Assembly: GCA_963845535.1 (NCBI GenBank)
Contig: CAWJSK010000007.1
Span: 1 to 26,748, forward strand
Source: an uncultured Spirochaetota bacterium
GTDB lineage: Bacteria > Spirochaetota > Spirochaetia > SZUA-6 > Fen-1364
Reading direction: 5' to 3'
Length of the DNA: 26,748 bases
Positions 1 through 7,343 of this stretch are shown piece by piece. Below the pieces are notes generated by a model, which searched no databases, was not told the origin of the DNA, and worked only from the letters and a program-made list of their open reading frames with translations. Every line of letters begins with the position of its first letter. The first letter of the stretch is position 1. The translations under genes and the position numbers were made by a program.

Positions 1-17
1 GCGAGTGCCGTCGGCAG

Positions 18-1319
18 CTATTGCCCCGCCGCCAGCAGCCATCCCACCGCACTGTCATAGTTGGGCGTCTTCCCATCCCACTGCGGCATGTTGACGCCAG
101 GGCCAAGGTCCAAGTTGCGCTCGTCAGCCCATTCGCGCAGCCACTCCAGTGTGTCGTCAACCAACTCGCGCGGTGGCTGGAGTGCAAGCAGCCTGCCCGC
201 GGGCGAGTGGAAGACGAAAGTGCCCTCAGCGCCGGCGGCGATCCTCCATCCGCCCTCGTGGACCAGATGGTGGTGAAAAGTGCAGAGCAAGACCATGTTG
301 TCAAGGCTGGTTTCCCCGCCGTGCAGCCAGTGTTCGATGTGGTGCCCGTGAAGGAAGGCCGTGTGCGTGCACCCAGGGAAGGCGCAGCCGCGGTCACGCA
401 GCATCAAGGCGCGACGGATGGCGGGCGGAATGGTGCGGGCACGGCGGCCGATGTTCAGCGCCTCCCCGTTTCGACTCATGGCGACCATGCCGCAATCGCA
501 GGCCACCCTGCGCAACGTTTCCGCGGAAACGCGACTTCCGTCCTCAAGGGTAGCTGCCCAGGCGCCATCCGGGCCCAGCACGTCCTGATCCACGTGAACA
601 ATCACCTGGAAGCGCTCGCCGCCTGTTCCCGTCACCGGATTGCCGGCCAGGAACCACTCGGCGACCCTCACCGCGCCATCAGCCCTCGACGGCCAAGGCG
701 TTTCCGCGGAAACGTCGGCGGCTCCTGCCGCCCTTTCAGGAGTCTCTGGCTTGGGCGGCTCATCCTGCCGGGCGTGCACCTCCTGAGCCTTGACCTCCCG
801 GGCGCGCTCCACGGCACGCAGGATCAAGTTCGCCTCGTCGGGCTCAAGCACAAGCTCCAGCTTGACCATCCCTCCAGGCAACAGCCGCTGGCATACCGAA
901 CGCTCCTCCGGCTTCGACGCCCCTTCGGCTTCCAGCACCCCGCGATAGCCCCGGCATATCCGTTCAAGCTGCGCCCCCGTTGCGAGAAGCGCCATCGTGA
1001 GCAATTTCGCCTCATTCTCTGGTGTCGCCACTCTTGTGAGCGCGCGAACCTTGGCGTACGACAGTCGAGCGGAGCGCAGCGCTTCGTCAATGGCGGGCAG
1101 CCTGCCGAGAGCGCGCGCCACCCGCACCTTCTCACGCGCGGTGGCCGGGTCCCAGCCGACCCGCCAGGCCAGCCAGTGCGCGCAGGAAATGGCTCCTTGT
1201 TCGTGCCAGCCGCAAGCCTCATCGAAGCGCCTGATGCATTGCAGCAGCCGGTGGGTGGCCGCATCCAGATGCGCTGACAAGCTGGCAATCTCCTGACCCA
1301 GCTCTTCGACGTTGTCCAA
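18..1319 (-). CDS. DUF222 domain / HNH endonuclease protein, downstream copy (433 aa from TTG at 1319; an in-frame ATG at 1361 overlaps the upstream copy)
   Basis: N-terminal SCAHWLAWRVG...AREKVRVARAL...LSYAKVRALTR is DUF222-like. C-terminal RDRGCAFPGC...HGHHIEHWLHGGETSLDNMVLLCTFHHHLVHEGGW is a Zn-finger HNH motif. Confidence 0.88.
   Translation of the reverse strand: MDNVEELGQEIASLSAHLDAATHRLLQCIRRFDEACGWHEQGAISCAHWLAWRVGWDPATAREKVRVARALGRLPAIDEALRSARLSYAKVRALTRVATPENEAKLLTMALLATGAQLERICRGYRGVLEAEGASKPEERSVCQRLLPGGMVKLELVLEPDEANLILRAVERAREVKAQEVHARQDEPPKPETPERAAGAADVSAETPWPSRADGAVRVAEWFLAGNPVTGTGGERFQVIVHVDQDVLGPDGAWAATLEDGSRVSAETLRRVACDCGMVAMSRNGEALNIGRRARTIPPAIRRALMLRDRGCAFPGCTHTAFLHGHHIEHWLHGGETSLDNMVLLCTFHHHLVHEGGWRIAAGAEGTFVFHSPAGRLLALQPPRELVDDTLEWLREWADERNLDLGPGVNMPQWDGKTPNYDSAVGWLLAAGQ
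516..531. repeat. Perfect 16-bp palindrome CGTTTCCGCGGAAACG (also 699-714, 1835-1850, and a one-mismatch copy at 2018-2033)
   Basis: Read directly from the sequence. It encodes the R/D-VSAE(T) peptide twice in each protein. Confidence 0.9.
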
Positions 1320-1336
1320 GCGAGTGCCGTCGGCAG

Positions 1337-2638
1337 CTATTGCCCCGCCGCCAGCAGCCATCCTACCGCACTGTCATAGTTGGGCGTCTTCCCATCCCAC
1401 TGCGGCATGTTGACGCCAGGGCCAAGGTTCAGGTTGCGCTCGTCAGCCCATTCGCGCAGCCACTCCGGCGTGTCGTCAACCAACTCTCGCGGTGGCTGGA
1501 CTGCGAGCAGCCTGCCCGCGGGCGAGTGGAAGACGAAAGTGCCGTCGGCGCCGACGGTGATTGCCCATCCGCCCTCGTGGACCAGATGGTGGTGGAAAGT
1601 GCAAAGCGTGACCATGTTGTCAAGGCTGGTTTCCCCGCCGTGCAGCCAGTGTTCGATGTGGTGCCCGTGAAGGAAGGCCGTGTGCGTGCACCCAGGGAAG
1701 GCGCAGCCGCGGTCACGCAGCATCAAGGCGCGACGGATGGCGGGCGGAATGGTGCGGGCGCGGCGGCCGATGTTCAGCGCCTCCCCGTTTCGACTCATGG
1801 CGACCATGCCGCAATCGCAGGCCACCCTGCGCAACGTTTCCGCGGAAACGCGACTTCCGTCCTCAAGGGTAGCTGCCCAGGCGCCATCCGGGCCGAGCAC
1901 GTCCTGATCCACGTGAACAATCACCTGGAAGCGCTCGCCGCCTGTTCCCGTCACGGGATTGCCGGCCAGGAACCACTCGGCGACCCTCACCGCGCCATCA
2001 GCCCTCGACGGCCAAGGCATTTCCGCGGAAACGTCGGCGGCTCCTGCCGCCCTTTCAGGAGTCTCTGGCTTGGGCGGCTCATCCTGCCGGGCGTGCAGCT
2101 CCTGAGCCTTGACCTCCCGGGCGCGCTCCACGGCACGCAGGATCAAGTCCGCCTCGTCGGGCTCAAGCACAAGCTCCAGCTTGACCATCCCTCCAGGCAA
2201 CAGCCGCTGGCATACCGAACGCTCCTCCGGCTTCGGCGCCCCTTCGGCTTCCAGCACCCCGCGATAGCCCCGGCATATCCGTTCAAGCTGCGCCCCCGTT
2301 GCGAGAAGCGCCATCGTGAGCAATTTCGCCTCATTCTCTGGCGTTGCCACTCTTGTGAGCGCGCGAACCTTGGCGTACGACAGTCGGGCGGAGCGCAGCG
2401 CTTCGTCAATGGCGGGCAGCCTGCCGAGAGCGCGCGCCACCCGCACCTTCTCACGCGCGGTGGCCGGGTCCCAGCCGACCCGCCAGGCCAGCCAGTGCGC
2501 GCAGGAAATGGCTCCTTGTTCGTGCCAGCCGCACGCCTCATCGAAGCGCCTGATGCATTGCAGCAGCCGGTGGGTGGCCGCATCCAGATGCGCTGACAAG
2601 CTGGCAATCTCCTGACCCAGCTCTTCGACGTTGTCCAT
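1337..2638 (-). CDS. DUF222 domain / HNH endonuclease protein, upstream copy (433 aa, MDNVEELGQ...)
   Basis: Same motifs as the downstream copy. ATG at 2638 is preferred over the ORF-track start (2689) because repeat homology stops there and a promoter lies just upstream. Confidence 0.9.
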   Translation of the reverse strand: MDNVEELGQEIASLSAHLDAATHRLLQCIRRFDEACGWHEQGAISCAHWLAWRVGWDPATAREKVRVARALGRLPAIDEALRSARLSYAKVRALTRVATPENEAKLLTMALLATGAQLERICRGYRGVLEAEGAPKPEERSVCQRLLPGGMVKLELVLEPDEADLILRAVERAREVKAQELHARQDEPPKPETPERAAGAADVSAEMPWPSRADGAVRVAEWFLAGNPVTGTGGERFQVIVHVDQDVLGPDGAWAATLEDGSRVSAETLRRVACDCGMVAMSRNGEALNIGRRARTIPPAIRRALMLRDRGCAFPGCTHTAFLHGHHIEHWLHGGETSLDNMVTLCTFHHHLVHEGGWAITVGADGTFVFHSPAGRLLAVQPPRELVDDTPEWLREWADERNLNLGPGVNMPQWDGKTPNYDSAVGWLLAAGQ

Positions 2639-2645
2639 AGTTTCT

Positions 2646-2673
2646 ACTATACATATGTATAGCAAGCAGTCAA
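2646..2673 (-). promoter_or_regulatory. Sigma70-type promoter of the DUF222/HNH array with an overlapping palindromic operator CTATACATATGTATAG (2647-2662)
   Basis: Minus strand reads TTGACT-N16-TATAGT-N7-ATG(2638) with no Shine-Dalgarno. The 16-bp perfect palindrome covers most of the spacer and the -10 box. Confidence 0.7.
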
Positions 2674-2681
2674 GTGACATT

Positions 2682-3305
2682 GGGTGCATGTCACACTTAT
2701 GAGTTTCCGAGGTATTTGCACCGTGTCTTCATGTATCCCAACCCGGCGAAGAGCTGGCAAAGCGGCAGGCGGAATTACGGGCAGCTCTCAGCCAAACCAC
2801 CGACATGCGTCCCGGTTCGCTTGTCGAGCGCTACAGAGTCTGCGGCAAACCAAGTTTGTCACCGCGCTCAGGAGGGCTCCCGCGGCCACGGGCCCAGTTG
2901 GTCGCTGACACGCGCGGTGGCAGGGAAGACAGTCACGAAAGTGATCCCGCCCCAAGCCGTCGAAACCACACGCGCCCAGATCGCAGAGTGCAGGTGTTTC
3001 CGAGCGATCGCGAAGGAGCTCGTGGAGGTCAGCGAGCGGCTCTGCGACGCGCGACTGGCACAAGGAGACGCCGCCTCGCAGGAGACGGCGAAAAAAGGGG
3101 CTTCAAAGAGATCTTCGCCGTCGAGATCCACTCGGAAATCGAAGCCCTCAGGGCACCGGTTAACCAGTGGGACTTTGAAGCAATCGAAGTTGCTGCGCGC
3201 CGCGAGGCACTGCGCATCGCGCGTCTGGCTGTTGCCAGGCGTCTGAACGCTGACCATTCCGATCACGCCGCTGCGTACCTGCCCTACCCTCGCTGCGATA
3301 TTTAA
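2682..3305 (+). mobile_element. Truncated ISKra4-family-like insertion sequence remnant (DUF6788-like ORF plus N-terminal ~70 codons of transposase)
   Basis: MRPGSLVERYRVCGKPS(+1 fs at TTT 2855-2857)CHRAQEGSRGHGPSWSLTRAVAGKTVTKVIP is DUF6788-like. An A6G4 run at 3091-3100 joins to the -1 frame ...WDFEAIEVAARREALRIARLAVARRLNADHSDH, which stops at 3305 with no DDE domain. Putative left end GGGTGCATGTCAC at 2682; no right end seen. Confidence 0.7.
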
Positions 3306-3371
3306 TACGGACCATCCCGAGGGCAATAAACCACTCGATTCTTCGTCATGAAGGGCAAGGGGAGGTGGTCT

Positions 3372-3422
3372 ATGAAAATCGTCGACGTAATCGCAAGCCC
3401 TCATGTGGACGGGTCCCCGTAG
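3372..3422 (+). pseudogene. Possible N-terminal remnant of a flavodoxin / NADPH-FMN reductase-like gene (MKIVDVIASPHVDGSP*)
   Basis: Strong RBS GGAGGT at 3361. The 16 codons resemble the MKI...GSP..GN start of this family, then stop. Confidence 0.3.
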
Positions 3423-3450
3423 CTGTTCCGGGGTCGGCTTTCCCGGTCAT

Positions 3451-4873
3451 TCATCCTTCCTGACGGTCGCCTTCACCACCAAGCTGTTTGACGAGATTTC
3501 CGACCACGGTCTTCGCGTCCCCGAACAGCATCCAGGTGTGGTCAGCGAAGTAGAGCTCGTTGTCTATTCCGGCGAAGCCCGGAGCCATGCCACGCTTGAC
3601 TGCAAAAACCGTTTTCGCGCTGTTCGCATCGACGATGGGCATGCCGAAAATCGGGCTGTTGGGCTGATTCCTTGCTGCGGGGTTTACCACGTCGTTCGCG
3701 CCGATGACGATCGCGACGTCCGCCTGCGGCATCTCGGGATTGATATCATCCATTTCGACAAGATCGGTGTAGGGGATATCCGCTTCGGCGAGCAGCACGT
3801 TCATGTGGCCGGGCATCCTCCCCGCGACAGGGTGAATGGCGAACTTCGCGGTGATGCCTCGTTTCTTCAGCTGGTCGTAGAGCTCCCGGACCTTGTGTTG
3901 AGCCTGGGCGACCGCCATGCCGTAGCCGGGAATGATCACCACGGTATTCGCCTGCTCGAGAACCATCGCGGCACCTGCGGGCGTTTCCGTCTTGTAGACG
4001 CCTTGGGCGCCGTCCGTCTGATGCTTCACCTGCCCAAAGGCTCCGAAGAGAACGTTCGTGAACGATCGGTTCATTGCCCGGCACATGACAATGGAAAGTA
4101 TGAGGCCGGAAGAACCATCAAGCGCCCCCGCAGTGATAAGGAGCTTGCTATCGAGCACAAAGCCCATCGCCACCGCGGAAAGCCCCGCATACGCGTTGAG
4201 AAGGGAGATGACCGTCGGCATGTCAGCGCCGCCGATCGGCAGGATCAGCATGACGCCAAAGGCAAGCGACAAGAAGACGATCGCAAAGAAAATGACCCTC
4301 GACAAGCTGTTGGTAGGGTCGACTACCAGGACGACGCCGAGAGCGGCGGCCGCCGCTAACACTGAAAGATTGACGACGTTTTGGCCTCGATACGTCACCG
4401 GCCGCTGCGGTATCCAGCGAATCTCCTGCAGCTTTGCCGCCGCCAGCAGGCTGCCGGTGAAGGTGAGGAATCCAAGGATGACTTCCGCGACAAGAGCGAT
4501 CATTCGGAACCGGGTGAGCGAGGCGGGCGAACCTTGCATCCAGAGCAGGTACTCGGCGGTCCCGACGAGCCCGGCGGCGATGCCGCCGAACGAGTGGGAA
4601 AGGGCCGTTCGCTGGGGGACCGCCGTCAGCGGAACCCTTGATAAGCGGCACGCCGACAAGAAAGCTCGCCGCGACCGCGATAAAAAGCCACGGAAGGTTA
4701 CGGACGCTGAGCTCGGGGCTCAGGAGCGTGCCGACAACTGCGATCATCATCGCGGAGACCCCCGCCGCTACCCCGCGCCTCGCCGTCTTCGGATCGTTCA
4801 TCCAGAGGAGCGAAAAGATGAACAACGCAGCGGCCAAAAGGAAGGCAACTTCGACAACGATCCCGGTCCTCAC
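3451..4873 (-). CDS. pntB: NAD(P)+ transhydrogenase beta subunit, with an apparent +1 frameshift near 4642
   Basis: GTG start overlaps the pntAb stop (GTGA) after RBS AAGGAG. The N-terminus (...MNDPKTARRG...VGVPL) lies in the 4223-5173 frame and continues as SRVPLTAVPQRTALSHSFGG in the 3451-4659 frame. Motifs: GGADMPTVISLLNAY, GYGMAVAQAQ, AIHPVAGRMPGHMNVLLAEA, GANDVVNPAA. Confidence 0.93.
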
Positions 4874-5268
4874 CTCTGTTTCTCCTTTGACTTGAACATC
4901 TTGAGCATGCGGTTGGTAATGAGAAAACCACTGACGATGTTTGTCATGGAGCCAAAGAGGGCCACCGCGCCCAAAAGTGTGACGTAGGAGGGATGCTCCT
5001 CGCCAGTCAACAGGATGGATCCAACCACGGCAATCGCCGAAATCGCGTTCGTGAGCGACATGAGCGGTGTATGGAGGAGCCTCGAAACCCGGCTGATCAC
5101 GAGAATCCCAATCAAGCTTGCGAGCACGAATACGAAAAGAAGGGACATCATGTCGGCGGCGTTGCTGCTCCACAGCGCGGCGGAGCTCTGGGCGGCCTGC
5201 TGCGCATGCCCGACAATGGACGGAACGGTCAAGGTGACGAACAACACGGCCATAATCCGCTTACGCAT
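4870..5268 (-). CDS. pntAb: NAD(P)+ transhydrogenase alpha subunit part 2 (membrane), with an N-terminal signal-peptide-like extension
   Basis: LHTPLMSLTNAISAI and NIVSGFLITNRMLKMF motifs. RBS AAGGAGGAGG precedes the ATG at 5268. Confidence 0.93.
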   Translation of the reverse strand: MRKRIMAVLFVTLTVPSIVGHAQQAAQSSAALWSSNAADMMSLLFVFVLASLIGILVISRVSRLLHTPLMSLTNAISAIAVVGSILLTGEEHPSYVTLLGAVALFGSMTNIVSGFLITNRMLKMFKSKEKQR

Positions 5269-5292
5269 CGCTTTCCTCCTCCTTGCGGCCTG

Positions 5293-6441
5293 TCAGACTG
5301 CGGCCTTTCGAGACTCTCCCAGCGCCTCGCGGGTCGGCCCATGCACGACCTCGCCTCCATGGGCAATGAGGGCTCCTTTGATGATCTCGTCCGCTGGATC
5401 GAGATTCAGGCGCGATTCAGCATCGACCCAGAAGGCAAGCACGAAAGAGACGAGGTTTCGCGAGAAAAGGGCGCTCGAATCATGAGGCATCAGCGATGGT
5501 ACGTTGAGCGGCGCCATGATCGTCACCCCATGGCAGACCGTCGTCTCTCCCGGCCGGGAAAGTTCGCAGTTTCCGCCGCCCTCGGCTGCAAGGTCGACGA
5601 TGACGGAACCGGGTTTCATGGCGGCAACCATTTCGGAGGTGATCAGCCGCGGAGCGCTCACCCCGCCGATGAGAGCGGTCGTTATCACGACGTTGCTCGC
5701 GACGCACTGTGCCGCGATCAGAGCTTCCTGCTTGCGCTTGAAATCGGCTGAAAGCTCTTTCGCAAAACCGCCATCCGTTTGGGCATCCTCGTCACTCTCA
5801 ACCCCGACGTACTTGCCCCCAAGACTGCGGATTTGTTCAGCGACGATTCGGCGGGAATCGGTTGCCGTGACGGAAGCACCGAGACGTTTCGCCGTCGCGA
5901 TGGCCTGGAGGCCCGCGACTCCGGCTCCAATAACGAACACTTTTGCCGGCAAAATTGTCCCGGCCGCCGTGGTGAGCATCGGGAAGTATCTGGGAAGGCT
6001 GTTTGCAGCCATCAAAAGCGCCTTGTATCCGGCGATGCTCGACATCGAAGAGAGAGTGTCCATGGACTGGGCCCTTGTGATCCGTGGAATGCAGTCCGTT
6101 GAGAGAATAGTGATCTTCCGTGCCGCGAGCTTCCTGACGGCATCGAGACTTCTGGCAGGCAGCAGTGAGCAAAGAAGAACCGCCCCCTCGCGATAGCCAT
6201 CCGCCTCGCCCGGCGACGGCGGCTGAACTTTGAGGACGAGATCAGCGTCTGGCGTTACCGGCCCCTCCTGAACCAAAGCTCCCGCCGCCCGGTACTCCGC
6301 ATCGGAAAAAAAAGATGCTTCGCCGGCCCTTTGTTCCACGCATACCGCCATTCCCTTTGCGATCAGTTTCTTGCATGATTCCGGAACGAGTCCGACGCGG
6401 GATTCACCGATTTTGGTTTCCTTCGGCACGCCAACCTTCAT
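5293..6441 (-). CDS. pntAa: NAD(P)+ transhydrogenase alpha subunit part 1 (dI, NAD-binding)
   Basis: MKVGVPKE...ESRV, IPRITRAQSMDTLSSM, FPMLTTAAGT, GAGVAGLQAIATAKRLGA, GSVIVDLAAEGGGNCE. Confidence 0.96.
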   Translation of the reverse strand: MKVGVPKETKIGESRVGLVPESCKKLIAKGMAVCVEQRAGEASFFSDAEYRAAGALVQEGPVTPDADLVLKVQPPSPGEADGYREGAVLLCSLLPARSLDAVRKLAARKITILSTDCIPRITRAQSMDTLSSMSSIAGYKALLMAANSLPRYFPMLTTAAGTILPAKVFVIGAGVAGLQAIATAKRLGASVTATDSRRIVAEQIRSLGGKYVGVESDEDAQTDGGFAKELSADFKRKQEALIAAQCVASNVVITTALIGGVSAPRLITSEMVAAMKPGSVIVDLAAEGGGNCELSRPGETTVCHGVTIMAPLNVPSLMPHDSSALFSRNLVSFVLAFWVDAESRLNLDPADEIIKGALIAHGGEVVHGPTREALGESRKAAV

Positions 6442-6478
6442 ACAATTTCCCTTTCAGACATTGAGAGATGGAATTCAG

Positions 6479-6532
6479 ACTGTATACGGAAATTGAACGT
6501 TTGTAAATAGCTATTTGGACAAGTGTTCACAG
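6479..6532 (-). promoter_or_regulatory. Putative pnt operon promoter with adjacent operator-like palindromes
   Basis: Minus strand TTTACA(6507-6502)-N17-TACAGT(6484-6479). Perfect palindrome AAATAGCTATTT at 6505-6516, and CTGTGAA-N4-TGTCCAA at 6532-6515. Confidence 0.5.
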
Positions 6533-6647
6533 CCGCACCCGACGGCACCAGCCGTTCGTCAGGCCTCCGCTTGCGTTAAAATTAAGGAGAGATTACGCGA
6601 CCATTAATTCGAGTGATGAGCGAAACGCCTTCAGGGGCTCCCGGCCG

Positions 6648-7343
6648 TCAGGCCTGGGGCTTCCAGCGGTACCCTACGCCCCACACCGTCTCCACGTGCC
6701 GCGGCTCCGACGGATCATCCTCGATCTTTTCCCTCAGCCTTCTCACGTGCACCGCGATATTCGAAGGATCAACGTACAGGTCGTCTCCCCAGATCCGGGA
6801 ATAGATCTCCTCCCGCGTGAAGGCGCGGTCAGGGTTGCGGATGAACAGGAGGAGAAGGTCGAACTCCTTGGCCGTGAGCGTGACCTCAGCATCATTTCGT
6901 TTCACTCGGCGGGCCTCGACGTTGACCGAGAGCGCGCCGTCGGTGATCCAGCGATCCGCGCGGGCCCGCCCCGTCAGCCTCTCGTAACGGGAGAGCTGGC
7001 TCTTCACCCGGGCCACCAGCTCCGCCGGGCTGAATGGCTTTACCACGTAGTCATCCGCGCCGAGGCCAAGGCCTCGGATCTTGTCTCCGTCCTCCCGGCG
7101 CGCGGAGAGGATGAGCACAGGGACGTCGCGTTCCGCCCTCAGACGGCGGCAGACCTCAAACCCGTCCATGACGGGAAGCATGAGATCCAGCAGCACGAGA
7201 TCAAAGGGACCGGAGAGCGCGGCCTCCAGGCCGGATGCGCCGTCCGTGCGTGACTCCACGTCGAGCCCGTCCGCGGAAAGGTAGTCCGAGAGCAGCGAAG
7301 CAAGAGCCTTTTCATCCTCGATGATCAGGATGCGCTTAGGCAC
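6648..7343 (-). CDS. OmpR/PhoB-family response regulator
   Basis: ILIIEDE...LVLLDLMLP...GADDYVVKPFS receiver domain and winged helix LTAKEFDLL...VHVRRLREKIE...ETVWGVGY. GTG start at 7343 overlaps the kinase stop. Confidence 0.95.
   Translation of the reverse strand: MPKRILIIEDEKALASLLSDYLSADGLDVESRTDGASGLEAALSGPFDLVLLDLMLPVMDGFEVCRRLRAERDVPVLILSARREDGDKIRGLGLGADDYVVKPFSPAELVARVKSQLSRYERLTGRARADRWITDGALSVNVEARRVKRNDAEVTLTAKEFDLLLLFIRNPDRAFTREEIYSRIWGDDLYVDPSNIAVHVRRLREKIEDDPSEPRHVETVWGVGYRWKPQA

Larger units (their letters stand above)
1..2638. repeat. Tandem direct repeat of a 1319-bp unit (1-1319 and 1320-2638); each unit is a 17-bp spacer plus the DUF222/HNH gene
   Basis: GCGAGTGCCGTCGGCAGCTATTGCCCC occurs at 1 and at 1320. 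Manual alignment at offset 1319 gives about 31 substitutions and no indels. Homology ends at the start codon (ATG at 2638 vs TTG at 1319). Confidence 0.97.

Noticed and set aside
110..1609. Diversity-generating retroelement (TR/VR pair) as the cause of the clustered differences between HNH copies
   Set aside because: Substitutions are not adenine-specific on either strand, whole genes are duplicated, and no reverse transcriptase is in the window.
21..2596. 418-aa plus-strand ORFs (21-1277, 1340-2596) and other long antisense ORFs across the window
   Set aside because: Shadow frames of GC-rich genes with no recognisable motifs; the opposite strand carries clear family signatures.
2639..2689. 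ORF-track N-terminal extension MHPMSLDCLLYICIVET of the upstream HNH copy
   Set aside because: It runs through the promoter/operator and lies outside the repeat unit; ATG 2638 fits better.
1..2700. RNA-guided HNH system (IscB/Cas9-like) or CRISPR array
   Set aside because: No RuvC motifs, no short repeat-spacer array, and only 17 bp between genes, leaving no room for a guide RNA there. An RNA overlapping the ORF cannot be excluded by eye.
3428..3446. CCGGG...CCCGG hairpin downstream of pntB as a terminator
   Set aside because: Short stem and no U-tract.
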